From Glaucostegus cemiculus (lineage: Eukaryota), in NCBI GenBank assembly GCA_976551045.1, contig CDPCPM010000026.1, positions 14,880,001 to 14,944,000 of the forward strand: 64,000 nucleotides of DNA. Direction: 5' to 3'. Shown one piece after another: positions 23,881 to 37,535 of the stretch. The position numbers were made by a program, and so were the translations under genes. The stretch's first letter is position 1. Each line of letters starts with the position of its first letter. The notes beneath the pieces were generated by a model. It saw nothing but the letters and a program-made list of their open reading frames with translations. It had not been told where the DNA came from and did no database searches.

Positions 23881-26743
23881 TGTGGGCTGCTATGTTATAT
23901 CCTCTGGTCAATATGGAGAAGTAAGGCTGAAGGGCCTGTTTTTGACCTGTGTAACTCTGCAACTCTAATATCAGTAATAATCCACCTTGCAAATGAGGAA
24001 AGTGCATAATGAGATAAGGAGAGGTTACACAGGAAATGGAAACTGCAGTCTGAACCTTCACTTTCTGACGTGTTTCATGGACTATGTTCAAGGCACCCAG
24101 AATAGGAAAAAAATGGAAACACTAAGGACATTTTAAATATTTTCTGTATATTCCTGACATGAAGTATTACAATGGATGGAATGTTCACCCATACAAGATA
24201 CTTTATATTAACTAAATTCTTAACAAGTTTGAAATTTAGAATTATTTCGTTGTCTGTTCCTTAGACAACTTATTTTGTTCAAATGAGTTATTTCCTGTGG
24301 TTATTGGCCAGGTTACTAATCAATTGGGTGGACTTTTATCTTTACCGTCTGAGAATTTAGCATTATCTGAATAAACCACAGAAAGAAGAATCTGGGAGAT
24401 AGGATCCATATCATTATAGAACTCACCTGAACTTCCTTGGAGAGAAAATTTCAAGGGAAGCAAAATCTAGCAGTTTCCTGCACCCAGCTTTCAAGCTGTA
24501 AAGACAATAATCTACCACATTGTGTGGTAATGAGGTCTTCTATCTTCAGTGTAGGGAATAACTGGGAGAAACCAATTCATCCTGACTGAACAGCATTTCC
24601 CATCGATTGATATTGGATCAATATTAAAGTAGGCCGAAGCAGAGTTGACAGCATAGACTGCCCAGATCTTCTGGGCAAAAGAACATTAAAATAGTTGTGA
24701 CTGAAGCCAGATTGAACATATATCATCACTGGTAAAATAAATAGATGTTTTTTTTAATTGTACTCTTTAAAGGGGACTTGCTTTGCCAAAAACTTTAGTT
24801 TTAATAGAGGTGTGAACTTTAAGAGTTCAACCTGTACTAAAGTTGCCAATGAATGCCTTTAGAGATATTGCTGAAAATGTATATTACTAACACTCCTTAA
24901 CAACAAATATTTGTATTTAGGAACTCTAATTAATTTTCTATTTTTGATTAACCTCGAACAGAAATTAGAAAGTACTTACACAAAGCTTACTCAAAATCAG
25001 GACGATTTAGATTTATTTGCAAAGACTCCAATATTGACATAATTTGTATGACTTAGAACTATCTGTCCCTTTAAACAACATGCTTATTCATAAATATTAC
25101 AAGACCTGTTCATTTATTTTGTATGCATTAATAAATAGCCATCGGGGATAGTGTAGCCCACTGATACGAAGATGATTTGCAAGAATCCATTAAGAGTGTA
25201 ACAATATGATCTATAAATTGTACTTTTCCTCTAAATCTGTTCCAACAACCATAACAACTTCTGTGCCGGAATGCAGGTAAAGAACTAGGTCTTTCAGTAC
25301 TTTGAGCAGCTCTTCAAACCATGGGAGTTTCATTACTTCTGTTTATATTTTCTACCAATACTTATAAAATTAACTAATATACATTCCTTCTACATAGTAT
25401 TTAGTTATTGTTTATTTAATCTTTAAAGTATGCAAGAACTTCATGAGAATGTAATAAATGAGAAGTTGTTTCCTACCATTTCTGTTGAAATAGTTATCAC
25501 TCTGCAGAGACAAGTTCTAAAAACTTTTTGCACCACTTTGATTTTATTCCTTTGATTTTCCCTGTATCAGGTAATTTAATAAAACGGATGAGTATTACTT
25601 TCAGTACTGTAATATTTAGCTAATTTCCTATCATCCTTCATGTTTGCAATGGTTGAATGTTTGAAAATTCTGGCAATTGGCTAACGGTGACCCATTAGTG
25701 TTTTTTGTTGAATTACAATGATAATTGTAATGAACTTCCATGGAACTTAAAGATTAAATTTGAGTCTAGATTCTACCTTTTGGTGGTGGCTTGGTGTCAC
25801 ATCAGCCTCACTCTTGCCTCAGCATGAATATAAAGAATTTATTGCTCATAATTGTGAGAAGTGCAATTGGAGAGTTCCACTTGCCTAATCAGTGAGCAGT
25901 ATGGAGTGACAGTATAACTAGATCTCCAACTAACCTGGAGCAAAGCTCTTTTCCAGTTATTCATACTGGATTGCAATGTCAATGAATTATGTATTTTAGC
26001 AGCTTTATTGTTAATCAACATATAATAGTTTTAGCACACTTCAGTAAACTTTTCTCTTCTAGAAAATAGGTTTCAAACTTTCACTGAAATAATTAATTAT
26101 AACTTACAGACATACGTAACACATATTTGTAACATGTTATAAAATTTGCCTAAAAATTATTTGGTAAAGATTAGAAGAATTATTTTTGTTCAAATTGAAT
26201 AGAATGTAGAACTCTCCAGGTCAAACTCACCGAAGCATATGCAGACCGATTGCTTTTATCTTGTGTACCATCTATCCAACGCATTGCAAAATGGCATCAG
26301 CTAATAATTATGCATTAGCATCCATAGTCATCAGCATTTAATTTTAGCTTTGGAGCAAGCTCATCACTGATTATGTGGTTTGTAATATGGTATTAGTTAG
26401 ACAATTTGAGTTATTTAATAAATGATAACTGATTCTTTGTTTTGAAGGGCAACTGCAAAAAGAAAATGCAAGGAATATAAATGATTTTTTTCCTTTTACA
26501 TTTGGATAGGAAATATTTGCTGAGCAAATTGCTCTAATCATTGATGTTGCATCTGCACATATTATACTGACATTATTGACAACCTGGCTGAACCATCAAA
26601 TCTTGTTACATTCTTAACCCTTTCCTTGGGTGTTCAGAGATGCTCAAAGCAGGATACCTGTTAAAGTATAGGCCCCTTTTCACTATGTGATCAATTCAGA
26701 TACTACCAATATTCCCTTTAAAAATAGAGTATATATCTCCTTA

Positions 26744-27655
26744 TCAGAATCAGAATCAGTTTTATTGTCACTACTATATACACATACAGTATGTATAGGA
26801 GCGAAATACCATACTCCACAGGTCAAGGTGCTCGTCACATTAAAAAAAAGAAACAAACACTGAGAGACACGAAGACAGAGAGGCACTAAAAACATTAGAA
26901 CCACAAAATTAAGTAGCACAACTTAAATAAATAATCTTAAAGTAAGCGCACTGGCAGCGGACATTTAAAGTGCTGGGGCGTTTCTGTACACCTAGTATCC
27001 TTTAGTGTTGGCGGGAGTGATGGAGGGATGAGGGAATTCACAGTTCTAATAGCTTGGGGGAAGAAGCTATTGCACAGTCTAGTTGTCCCTGCCCGGATGC
27101 ACTGGAGCCTTCTTCCAGACGGCAAGAGTGTGAAGAGATGGTAGGAGAGGTGAGAAGGGTCTGACATTATACTTGTGGCCTTTCTAACACATCGATCCTT
27201 ATATATATCTGCAATAGAGGGTAGAGAGACACCTATGATCTTCTCTGCCACTCTCACCATTCTCTGGAGGGACTTCCGTCCAGCAGCTGAGCAGCTCCCA
27301 AACCAGATAATGATGCAGTGTGCTAGGATGCTCTCAATGGTTCCTCTATAAAAAGTTTTCATAACCGAAGGATGGGAGTTCACTTTCCTCAGTCTCCACA
27401 GGAAATAGAAGCGTTCCTGGGCTTTCTTGGTGAGGGCAGTGGTGTTAATGGACCAGGCCAGGTCATCAGCGATGTGCACCCCCAGGAACTTGGTGCTGCT
27501 GACTTGTTCGACCGCAGACCCATTGATGGTCAGCGAGGCGTGCACACGGCGACCTCTCCTGAAATCCACTACCATCTCCTCGTTTCTTTCTACATTCAGG
27601 GAGAGGTTGTTGTTGCTGCATCACATGGCCAGTTTCTTCACCTCTTCTCTATAGA
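26744..27655 (-). mobile_element. Rex1/Babar LINE, 5'-truncated and well preserved
   Basis: 212-aa ORF 26937-27575: MVVDFRR...VEQVSSTKFLGVHIADDLAWS...FYRGTIESIL...LLPSGRR...NSFFPQAIR; 3' end on the minus strand is tgacaataaaactgattctgattctga. Confidence 0.92.
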
Positions 27656-30318
27656 TATATAGATCAAATTAGATTCAATGAAATGCACCCTTTAATTTTC
27701 AACTTCAAACACAGAACACATTTGATTTAAGGCGATTCTCTCAGAGTATATGGCTTGGAAGTTTGACCATCATTTGTTATTTGCTGAAGATGAAATGATA
27801 AAGATCCATCATAAGGGTGTGGAGTTGTGACACCAAGAAACCTACAATGATATTACAGGAAAATAAACGACAAATTCATTCAAAAAGGTATAATCAAATA
27901 TTCAGAAAGCCTGGCATACTCATTACTTATTCATGATAATACAACTATATTAAGAAAACTAAACAGCATTAGTGCTCAATCATTCACAAAATAAATGAGT
28001 TTTTGCATTCATCACCACCAAGTCATCAAGCACCAAAACGAACATTGAGAAGACACTTCAAAGGTGATTAAGCAAATACAGACACATATTTGCCAATTTA
28101 AAGCCTATGGAATGTATAGGAATATTCTGAATCAACAGAAAAATAATATGTAATGATGTTACTAAATATAGTGGTTTAAAAATAATTGACCACTGCCGCA
28201 TGTTTCACTTTTCTGCTTAAACTTCAGTTAGTGCTTTATAAGTCAGATAAATGCAGGAGTTTATTTAAATGTTGTTGATTGCTGTCAGTACATTTTATTT
28301 CTTTCTATAGTGTTTGGTAATAGAAATTTGATCATTTTTAGATTCTATGTTATGCTGGTAAAACTATCTAGATTAATGTTTGGAGTATCACTTGTGTGTT
28401 TAAATTCTGATAATAAGCTGCAGAAAGAGGAAGGTTTTTAAAATGGATTCAGATTAATAATATTAATGGTTATGTGTGGTGGAAATAATGGAAGGCACCT
28501 AAGAACATACTAAAGTTTCTGTCTTATGTTCTTGGCATTACTGACAGCACCTGAAGCAGCACAGTGAAACTGTAACTGCTTTATTTGTATTTTTATTACT
28601 TTTTTCATTACTTTGAAAATGCACTTTGGATCTTATAAAGCTATTTGTTGAGATGTTCGAATTGATGCTTCAATTATAATAAAGCAGTCTAAGATAGCAA
28701 ATTCCAAATCTGATTTAATGAAAGAAAATACACAAAACCCAAATCCTGCATAAATCAGATAAATTATCAGCATAGATGCATAAGGGAAATGTTTTAATGT
28801 ACGTTTAAAAGACTGATGAACATAATTTTTTAAAATCATTATTTACTTGGTGTTTAAAAAAGATTTATCATTTTTATTTTCTATGATTAAACTATACAAT
28901 AAATATTTTATTTTCTATTGAATTATATTCTTATGTTCTTATTATAATTTTAAAATCAAAGTATGTCAAAAACTTTATTTAACTCCATTGTGATTTAAAC
29001 TCAACTTAAGCTAAAAATACATGATAACATTATTTACCATGTTATATCAATGTGGATATACTTTGTATGTCATTGTGCAGTAATCTGGTGGGGTGAGTGG
29101 CCATCTGGTAGGAAAGCACCCACATTTCAATCCATTGGTTTTCATAGAATTGGTTGGGGCACTACAGAAACAAGTGGCTAGAACTGTCAGATCACCATAG
29201 AGGTGGTGAAGGCAAATACTACACAGGTTGTGAAGTAATTACCACACCAGTGATGAGGACAATTTGGCTCCAGGCAAGTTCAGTAAAATTGCAATGATGT
29301 GTGCAATAGCTTTGAGGACTGAATATGGGACAGAAAACTGTCACCTATCCTTTAATTTGGTTTGGACTTTTATTTCACCACAGAATGGTGGGCTATTCAT
29401 TACAATCATTACAAGATACAACCTTTGTGGTACTATACTTGGAATTCAAGCTGTGTTCTAAGTAAGTGGGCATTTAACTGAGTAATGCCCACTCACCAGT
29501 GAATCAGTTTGCTTTTTCATCAATAATCTTTTTTACAATTACCATTTCAAATGTTCTGAGTTCTTAATGTATGCATCACCAAAGATATTACTTAGAATAT
29601 TATTTCCTTATTGAATAATTAATGCTTAAATGTAGCTTTACCTGTGTACTGATCTCCCATTGGAGCAAAGCTTTTGCCAGGAGCTTGTACAAATAAAACC
29701 TGAAAATCGAATGAAACCCAGATCACTTTGTTTCTAAATTGTGACTGATCAATCTAGTAGATCTGAAATCAGATAAAACTTTGACAAATGAGTGTCTGCC
29801 AACCTTTCATGTACTGCTAGTTTAATACTTACTTCTGTCTACATTTAGCTGCCCTGCTTCCATCAGTGCCATTTCATTTGATCAATGATTCATATGACAA
29901 TACATTTTAAAACCCATCATGCTATTAAAAGCTCTGTAGATACTGCTTTCCCTCGATTTACTTTCAGACAGAAAATTTCATAAACCTAAGTAGACAGGAT
30001 TCCCACTCGTCACTCATCTTCTCTGGCAATAAAGAGCACAAGGAAAATGAAAACATTAAAAAATTGTCATCCTGGGAGCAACCCTCTTGTAAAAATAATT
30101 TAATTAAAAACAAAAGAATTAGTTATTTTCTGTGTTTCTCTGCTTGATCAACATAGCACAGGAAATTATACTTGCAGCATAACATTACTGCAGAAGCTTT
30201 TAGATAATTTTAGAGCTTATTCTACCATACCAGCAGGATTGAAAAAGGACCCATTATGGATTAAGTTCTTTTGTTTATTCATAATTCATTTAATTTAGTT
30301 CCTCTTGCAGATGGCTTA

Positions 30319-30545
30319 CTGGTTGGGGTCACTCACATGTTGTCTACTGCTCACACAACTTGGTTGGAGATACTCACCCCCCACCAATGGCCACACAGCC
30401 TAGTTAGGGTCCCTCACCCACTGCCCACACAGCCTGGTTGCGATTTCTCAGCACCTGCCTGCACAGCCTGGTTGGGATCCCTCAGCTCCGGTCCACACAA
30501 CGTGTTTAGAATCACTCACCCTCTGCTGCAGCCTGCTTAGTGTCC
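30319..30545 (+). repeat. Degenerate ~34-bp minisatellite, 6-7 units
   Basis: Recurring TGGTTGGGRTCCCTCACCC...CCACACAGCC units. Confidence 0.75.
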
Positions 30546-30569
30546 ATAAACAGCAGAATTAACTCAGCA

Positions 30570-30722
30570 ATTTTGACCTCATCTTATCAGAGATATTTCA
30601 TTTGTCCCATCTTTGTAGCTTAAGACTAACTTGTTTACTCACCTCCCAAGTTCTTAAGTAAGGGTTTTGACCTGAAACAAAACTCTGTTTCTAATACCAG
30701 TATCTGCAGCTTTTTGATTTTT
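30570..30722 (+). mobile_element. Penelope-like terminal fragment, AGTT/AACT subtype
   Basis: AGTT-CTTAAGT-AAGGGTTTTGACCT-GAAA-CAA-AACT at 30649-30684, then ccagtatctgcagc. Confidence 0.55.
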
Positions 30723-32039
30723 CAAATATATTTAAGTTTCTTTTTAATTTTATTAAATCTTTATGATTTTTAACTAATTTATATCATTTAGAGGCATTTT
30801 AATTTTATTTGTTTAAATTTTGTTAGTGGTTTTCATTTTATTTCAATTACTTGACTCCTATTGAGCTGTTTTTAAACATCTCATATCACCAGTACAGTGT
30901 TGAGTCCTCAGGGTCTACTACCTAAGACCTAGTCACTGGGATAGCCATGGTGGTGTGCCTCCAGGAAAATTGGATCCCATGGGGTTGTAAAGAGTTAGTG
31001 CAGCCACAGGAATAGAGTGGAGAGTGGGGTTAGCAATGAGGGGAAGGGGGGTGAGCAAGAGGAGCAGGCTGGATTAAGTACAACTTGGCACAATTTAAAC
31101 ATTTCACAGCAAGAAACTCAATACTTAAAATCAAGAAGTTGTTCACATATGGAAAACTGTTCCCTAAGTTAAGTTGGCACTAATAGTGGTTTCACTTAAA
31201 TGAAATAGTGGTTTCACTTAAGAGAAACATAACAAGCTCATTTTACAACCTTACACCATATCATAAAATAGAGACCAAACACCTGTCATTTTCCAATGAG
31301 AGTAATATATTCTGCAACATTGGTTAATATATTGAGAAGGAAAAGTTTTTTTTAATAGCATTTCCTTCTGATCAGAACCTGAAAATATTTAATGACACAT
31401 CATCATCGTTCTACAGTTAATCTGATACCTAACCACAAGTTGTAATTGAATAGATTTTATGAATCCTGGGAAAGCAGACTTTGATAGTCCATGGCTGTAC
31501 ATAAGAAAAAGGAACTGATAATTCATCTAATTTAACATATCAAGTTACCCCAAAGCTGGCTTTTCCATATTTTTGGTCTTATTTTTGATAAGTTAACAAA
31601 AAGTATCATTTCAAAGAACCAAAACAAATGTTTTTATTCATAGAAATAAATAAATAGTATTTAAAATATTTTCTTATTTCTTTCGCTATTTCTTTCTATT
31701 CTAGTTGCTTTATAAGTAATTGATATTGAAAGTTGGCACATACTAGAATTAAGTTAATTCAAAACTTAATTACTAAGGACCTTAGGGCAGATTTGGTGCA
31801 GAGAAAGGATAGCAATGCATTTTTGATGTCTACTGCCTCAATTTCACTACAAAATACTGGGGTCAAGAAATTCAATTGCATATCACTGTTTTATTCAATG
31901 CTACGTGATTGAAAATTGAATTTACCTGTAATGAAACACAGTAACAGTCATTTCCGTGTTATTTTGTGCCACTCCATAAATTCGACCAGCCTCCTCACAG
32001 GGTGATTTGCACTTGCACAAATGACATGTCTCATTCATG

Positions 32040-32260
32040 GGGCTATTGAGTGCACTTTTGAAAGCCCTGATGAACACCATTTCCACCAATTTTGCAGGCA
32101 GTGAGTTCCAGACCATAACCACACTCTGCATAAAAATGACTGTTCCTCACTTGGACCTACAATGTTTGTTCATCACTTTTAATCTATCTCCCATAGTCCT
32201 TAGGAAACAGCTTCTCTCTATTTACCTTACTGAAATCCCTAATTATTTTAATACACCTTA
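32040..32260 (-). mobile_element. CR1-type LINE fragment
   Basis: Minus ORF MQSVVMVWNSLPAKLVEMVFIRAFKSAL resembles the CR1 C-terminus (TQRVV..WNSLP). Confidence 0.7.
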
Positions 32261-33244
32261 ATGCCTTTCTTCATTTCAGAGACAATATAAAAGGCATCAA
32301 GACCTGCCCCATGTAGGGATAGGCTTGCCATGGTGAAGAGAGACAAATGTGTCTTGTCCCTCTAAATAAAATGCCTTTAGGATTAACAAAGTGCTTATGG
32401 TTGGCACAGTGGGTTGAGAGAATATTTTTGAATAATGAAAGACCATTTCTCAAAGCTGTAATATTTTATTCCTCCATTAATTATATCTGATCATTCTGTG
32501 TAAAATGCAACATACAAAACCTGCATGGTGCGTCTTAACTCTACCTCAGGCTAAAAGGGAAACTGTTTTGAATCGAAATTGCAAGTGCACAGTGTCTTTG
32601 GTTATTTTAGAACTATAATGCAGATTGTATCAAGCACAAACACACAAGAACAAAAGCCATTAATCAGCCTTATTCCTAAGTCACTGGGTTGTTCCAATCA
32701 ATTTACAGTAATTAGAAACAGCAGATCAATATGCTAAATATCAATAAGATACAGGTATATCAATATTGACTGCTAATTTATTGAACTCCACCACATAAAT
32801 AGTTATCCCTACTTTACATGATACATGTTAATATCAATTTGTCTCTCAAGTGAAGTATGGTGCAAAAGACTGTAATGTCAGTGTATTAAATGTTCTTTAG
32901 TTTAGACAAAATTCTAGTCAAATCAGCAGGATCTTCTGCTGCACAAGCTTCCACACTTGTGGTCTCTTATTCTGTTTAGTATCTTGTTTTAATGACAGTG
33001 TCCTGTAATTGTTTTGCAATTATTTATTTTAGTATACAGATACTAAAGATGCCTGCTTGTGTCTTCATTGCCATCTGTTCTGTTTAAGGTTCTGCAATGG
33101 GAATGAATTCAGAAGCACTTGGGTTAAGTGTGGTTCCTGTTGTCTTGTACTATAAGTTCTGGTTTTGTAAACCTTGGGATTACAAGGAAAAGACAGTGAA
33201 GTAAAATGTTTTAAATAAAGAGCCTTCATACTCTGAAAATGAAA

Positions 33245-33316
33245 ATCCATTTCAGGTTGACAACCTTTCATCAGAATGGTTCACTTGAGGGGGCTTCAAC
33301 CTAAAACATTAACTCA
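33245..33316. mobile_element. Short opposed pair of Penelope hammerhead-like motifs
   Basis: Minus strand 33274-33250 CTGATGA-AAGGTTGTCAACCT-GAAA with intact core; plus strand gggcttcaacctaaaacattaactc. Confidence 0.65.
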
Positions 33317-34482
33317 TATTCCAGAAAGTTAAATTCTCTGAAAATTCACATATATTCAGAATATGCATTGTCAGAAAGGAGCTGTTCTCTCAACAACCCC
33401 ACCCTACGAACCCCATTTCTTCTAGCTTCCAAATCTGAACTTTTCTTAGATAAACAGACAAGCCGGAGATCTTCAAAAATCCTCTGAAAACATCAGTTAT
33501 CATAAGTGGTAGGTGACTGGCATCTGGCCACTCACCCACTGTGTGGATAATTTCCAAGCATTTCTTAATGCTGCCTTTAGTTACATAACCAAGTTTGTGA
33601 ACTTAGTACATTGAAAATTAGGATCTTTTCAGAGAAAGAGTACTTTCAATTGCTCTTTTCCTCCCATTAGCAAGTGACTTCTTGAAAACTTGGACGTAGA
33701 TATGCTGCAGATATTTAGCACTACATTCACGTGCCATATCATTGAAGAATGCTTTTGTTAAGTCTTTCTTCTACTTGCACATTTATGGTACTTTTTCAGG
33801 TCAGTATAATCTGTAAGAGAAAACATGATTTGAACTTGAACAAGAGAGATATAGACATTTATAAATATTTGACTCATTATCTGGAAAGAGTAACAGTTTG
33901 TCTATTCCTGTGACTGAATAATCAAAACTGTTCAAGATGGCCTTAGTTATATATTTTTTTACTGAGTGTGATTCATAGCTACTAACAATCAACTACTCAA
34001 CTGTAAAGAGTCACAGTTTCCCATACAAATCCAATAAGTAAATTAAACATGATGAGTTTAAGAACATTGTGCGATGTAGTCTAATACCATGATGGAACAG
34101 TTTGTGTCATCATCTGGTAAATTCTGGGTCAATATTCACTGGTAGTTCCCTAACATGACATCTGAACATAAGCCAGCAGAAGTGCTATCATATTATCTGG
34201 ACCAGCACATAGAAAAGAGGAACAATGGTGATCTCTAATAAAAAAGAAACTGCTAGAAATAGAATCTCATTACAGCTCAGTAGCATATGTGTTAGATGCT
34301 TAGCAAATCATTATACTTAATGTCTAAAATTTAGTGCTCAGACACATGTCACCCATTGGACTACTACATTCCCTCACTTGTTTCACCACCTAGAGGCCAA
34401 ATGTTATTTCCTAGCTTGTGAAAGATTTGTATCTCGGTGAGTTTAACTGCATGTATGTGGTCATTCCTTTTTATGGCATTGA

Positions 34483-34571
34483 GGAGGAAAACACTAAAGA
34501 CAGGGACTGAGTACTTTTATAATGGGAGACAAGATCTGGAGATATTATTCAGAAATTATTCATTTTCACAT
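34483..34571 (+). repeat. 89-bp segment, likely donor of the copy at 35516-35604
   Basis: 85/89 identical by manual alignment. Confidence 0.9.
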
Positions 34572-35214
34572 TTCTAATCTGCTGTGTGTTGTAATTTTCT
34601 TGTTGACGAGGAAAAAAATGGAATCCAAGGGAAACAATTACCATACAATAATCAAGATTATGATCTATAGCAGAATTGTTTTTAGTGCAAAGACTCTGAT
34701 AAATTTATACTGCACAGTTAACGGAAGCAAAAGAATTTGGATTAGCCACCTCCATAAATCTTCTCATCTCGCATTGAGGTAGTTAAGAGGTTTCACTGGA
34801 TGAATACTATATTGTGTTGGATGTATGAAAATATAAAATTATCAACACTGAAAAATTGCAAGACTGATTTCCTCTAGTAACAGATGGTGCCATCTTTCAT
34901 GGTCCATCTAAACACAGCAATGATTTTCAATCTCCAAAAATGCTGCAATTCTCCTCAGCTGCCTTGTGATTGTGCATTCATTATTTGTCTGACTTTCTCG
35001 TGTCTACAATAACACAATGCTACTGACCAACGAAGCAGATTTTACCAGCCCACTTCACATCAAATCAGGCCATCGAACACCAGATCTTCTTGTACACTTG
35101 TAGGCAGACACCCCAACCTGCTTTTCCATGGATATTGCTGTCCTGTCCACACAACTACATCAGAAAAATTGAGGGCAGAAGCAATCTGGATGTCCTACTG
35201 TCTGATTCACTAAG

Positions 35215-36240
35215 GGCTAGTAAGTAATTAGGAAAGCTAACAGCATGTTATTATATATTGTCAGGGGGTTTGAATACAAAAGTTGAGATGCTATGCTTCC
35301 ATTATATAGGGAACTGGTGAGACCACATCTGGAGTACTATGTACAGTTTGATCTCTTTATTTACTGCATAAAGATTAAAAAAAAGTGTACTTGATTATCA
35401 CCTGTAATAGGTGGATGATCTTATCAGATAAGGTTCCATAGATTAGGCTTGTATCCATCGGAGAAAGAGAGGGGACTTAATTGAAACATATAAGAACCTG
35501 AGAGGTCTTGACAGGGGAGGAAAACACTGAAGACAGGGACTGAGTACTTTTGTAATGGGAGACAAGATCCGGAGATATTATTCTGAAATTATTCATTTTC
35601 ACATGGAGAGGATGTTTCCCCATGATAGAAAATCTAGAAAAAAGGGTTCATTGTTTAAAGATATGGGGTCATCCAATTAAGACATTTTTACCTCATTAAG
35701 ACATTCAATGTGATAAATAAAATCTCAGAGGGTTATAAATTTTTGAAACTCTTTTTCAAAGGGTGGCGGAAGCAGAGGTAATCTGATTCGTGAAAGCAAG
35801 TGGGTGAAAGATAACCATGGGTGGATGAGAAGAAGAGCTGATGAACAGACACAAGGGCCAGCTGGCCTTCTCCAGATCCTAATTTGTGAGGTTGTGTGTT
35901 CGGTTAAATGTGTATTTTTGAATGTTGTTAATTTGAATTTCTTACTAACATTACTAATTAAAGGCTGGGCCTTACTAAAGGCCCAGCCTTTAGTTCGATC
36001 ATTTTCTTTCTGTTCTTGGATTCCCATTATGGCAATGGAGAATTTGGAATTCTCTGCCCTGAGGATCGGGAAGGCTCAGTCACTGAATGTATTGAAGACA
36101 GAGATCAGTAGATTTTTGGATTTTAAGAGGATAAAGTGAAATGGAGTTAGTACAGGAAAGTGGTGCTGGGGGGAAAGATCATCCATGAAGTTACTGAATA
36201 GTAGAGCAGGCATGAGAGAGAGAATGGCCTACTCCTACTT
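35215..36240 (+). mobile_element. CR1-type LINE 3' part with internal insertions
   Basis: ctggtgagaccacatctggagtac (LVRPHLEY), RGDLIETYK, 3' tail gagcaggcatgagagagagaatggcctactcctactt; interrupted at 35516-35604 and ~35790-36040. Confidence 0.8.
35516..35604 (+). repeat. 89-bp locally copied insertion inside CR1
   Basis: Lies between CR1 ...ggtcttgacagg and ggagaggatgtttccc; copy of 34483-34571. Confidence 0.9.
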
Positions 36241-37535
36241 CTTCTGCCTGCAACCTACATCCAGCAGTCAGGAGAAGAAAATGATCGAAATTTCAGCCCA
36301 CTAGAATCAGCAGACTTTGGTAGCCTACCCCATTCTGGGCCATCACTTCCAATGGTGCCCTTGAAAGCCTGGTGCTTTTCCAATTTCATTTGCATCAGCT
36401 TTTGCACTATCTCCCAGAGCAGGTAGAGGGGAGAGGGTGGAGAATGAGGACAGAAAGGAAGCTGCACTACCTTCCTCATTATCAACTAGAGAAGTGCAAG
36501 TTTGAACTTCAGATGAGGAAACAAAGATAAAACAGAAAGAAAATAGAAAGGAGTTAATTTATAAAGTGCATTTCATAATCTTAGAACGTGGCAGCCAACC
36601 TCCCAGAAATTGCAATGATAATGATCAGATAATGGTCAACAAATCAAGATTATTAATGGCCAATTCTGGAGCTACAAATGGCTTTAGAGGTCCAAAATGG
36701 TGTCTATGATGCATGTATGCATTTTTGGGGAGAATTGCACCAGACACTGAAAGTCTAAGGGGATTAGTGTACACCAGTAAATGTCTGCCCAGAAGTATGC
36801 AGAAATAGTAGATCATAGCATTAATCAGCATGTAATGCTAGCTTGATGCTAGTGCTGTCATTTTGGTGTCCTTTGGCCTTTTTTAACATCATGCAGATGA
36901 ACTCTTGTCCAGAAGATGGAAGTCTCCATCACTATCACCACACCACCTCGGCCTCATTATCTAAGAGGATCATAATTACCTACAAATTGATATTTTGGTA
37001 GGTGTTTTGTTCTTTCTGAAATTGTTTCAAGTTGCAAACTTGAAGAGATGCTGATGGAATTTTTGGTGACTTCACGGCTTCTGTACAAACTAGTTGTTCC
37101 TAGACTTGGACACATTGCAACGGGACATGAAAAATGAGGAGGGAGAAGCAAGACAGGTGGCTAGATGAGGGAAGAAGTTGAGGAGGAATTGGCTCCCCAG
37201 GTTACAAATAGCCTGACATGAAAATCTGACTTTATGCAAATTCTCCCTTACATTTTCACAGCATTTTTCAATCTAATAATAATAATAATTTTTAAAATGT
37301 TTCATGGCGTTCATTAATGATTGGGTACAGTATATATTCCATTAGTTTAACAATGGATTGTGTTAGAGTGATTATTCAATGAAAGAAAAAAAAATTATAG
37401 CAAGTACATATAGGGCAATATGATGTGGGTGGCTATAGAAAATGGATATTTCTAACTTACAGAGAAATCAGTTTATGGACAATTCTCAGGAATGGAACCC
37501 ATATGTAACCCAGAATCTGCCTCTACCAGTGCATG

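Noticed and set aside
30319-30545. CRISPR array
   Set aside because: Eukaryotic context, degenerate tandem units without unique spacers, no cas genes
31182-31221. Short tandem duplication aatagtggtttcacttaa x2 (similar cases at ~52374-52420 and ~46098-46150)
   Set aside because: Ordinary slippage or repair micro-duplications
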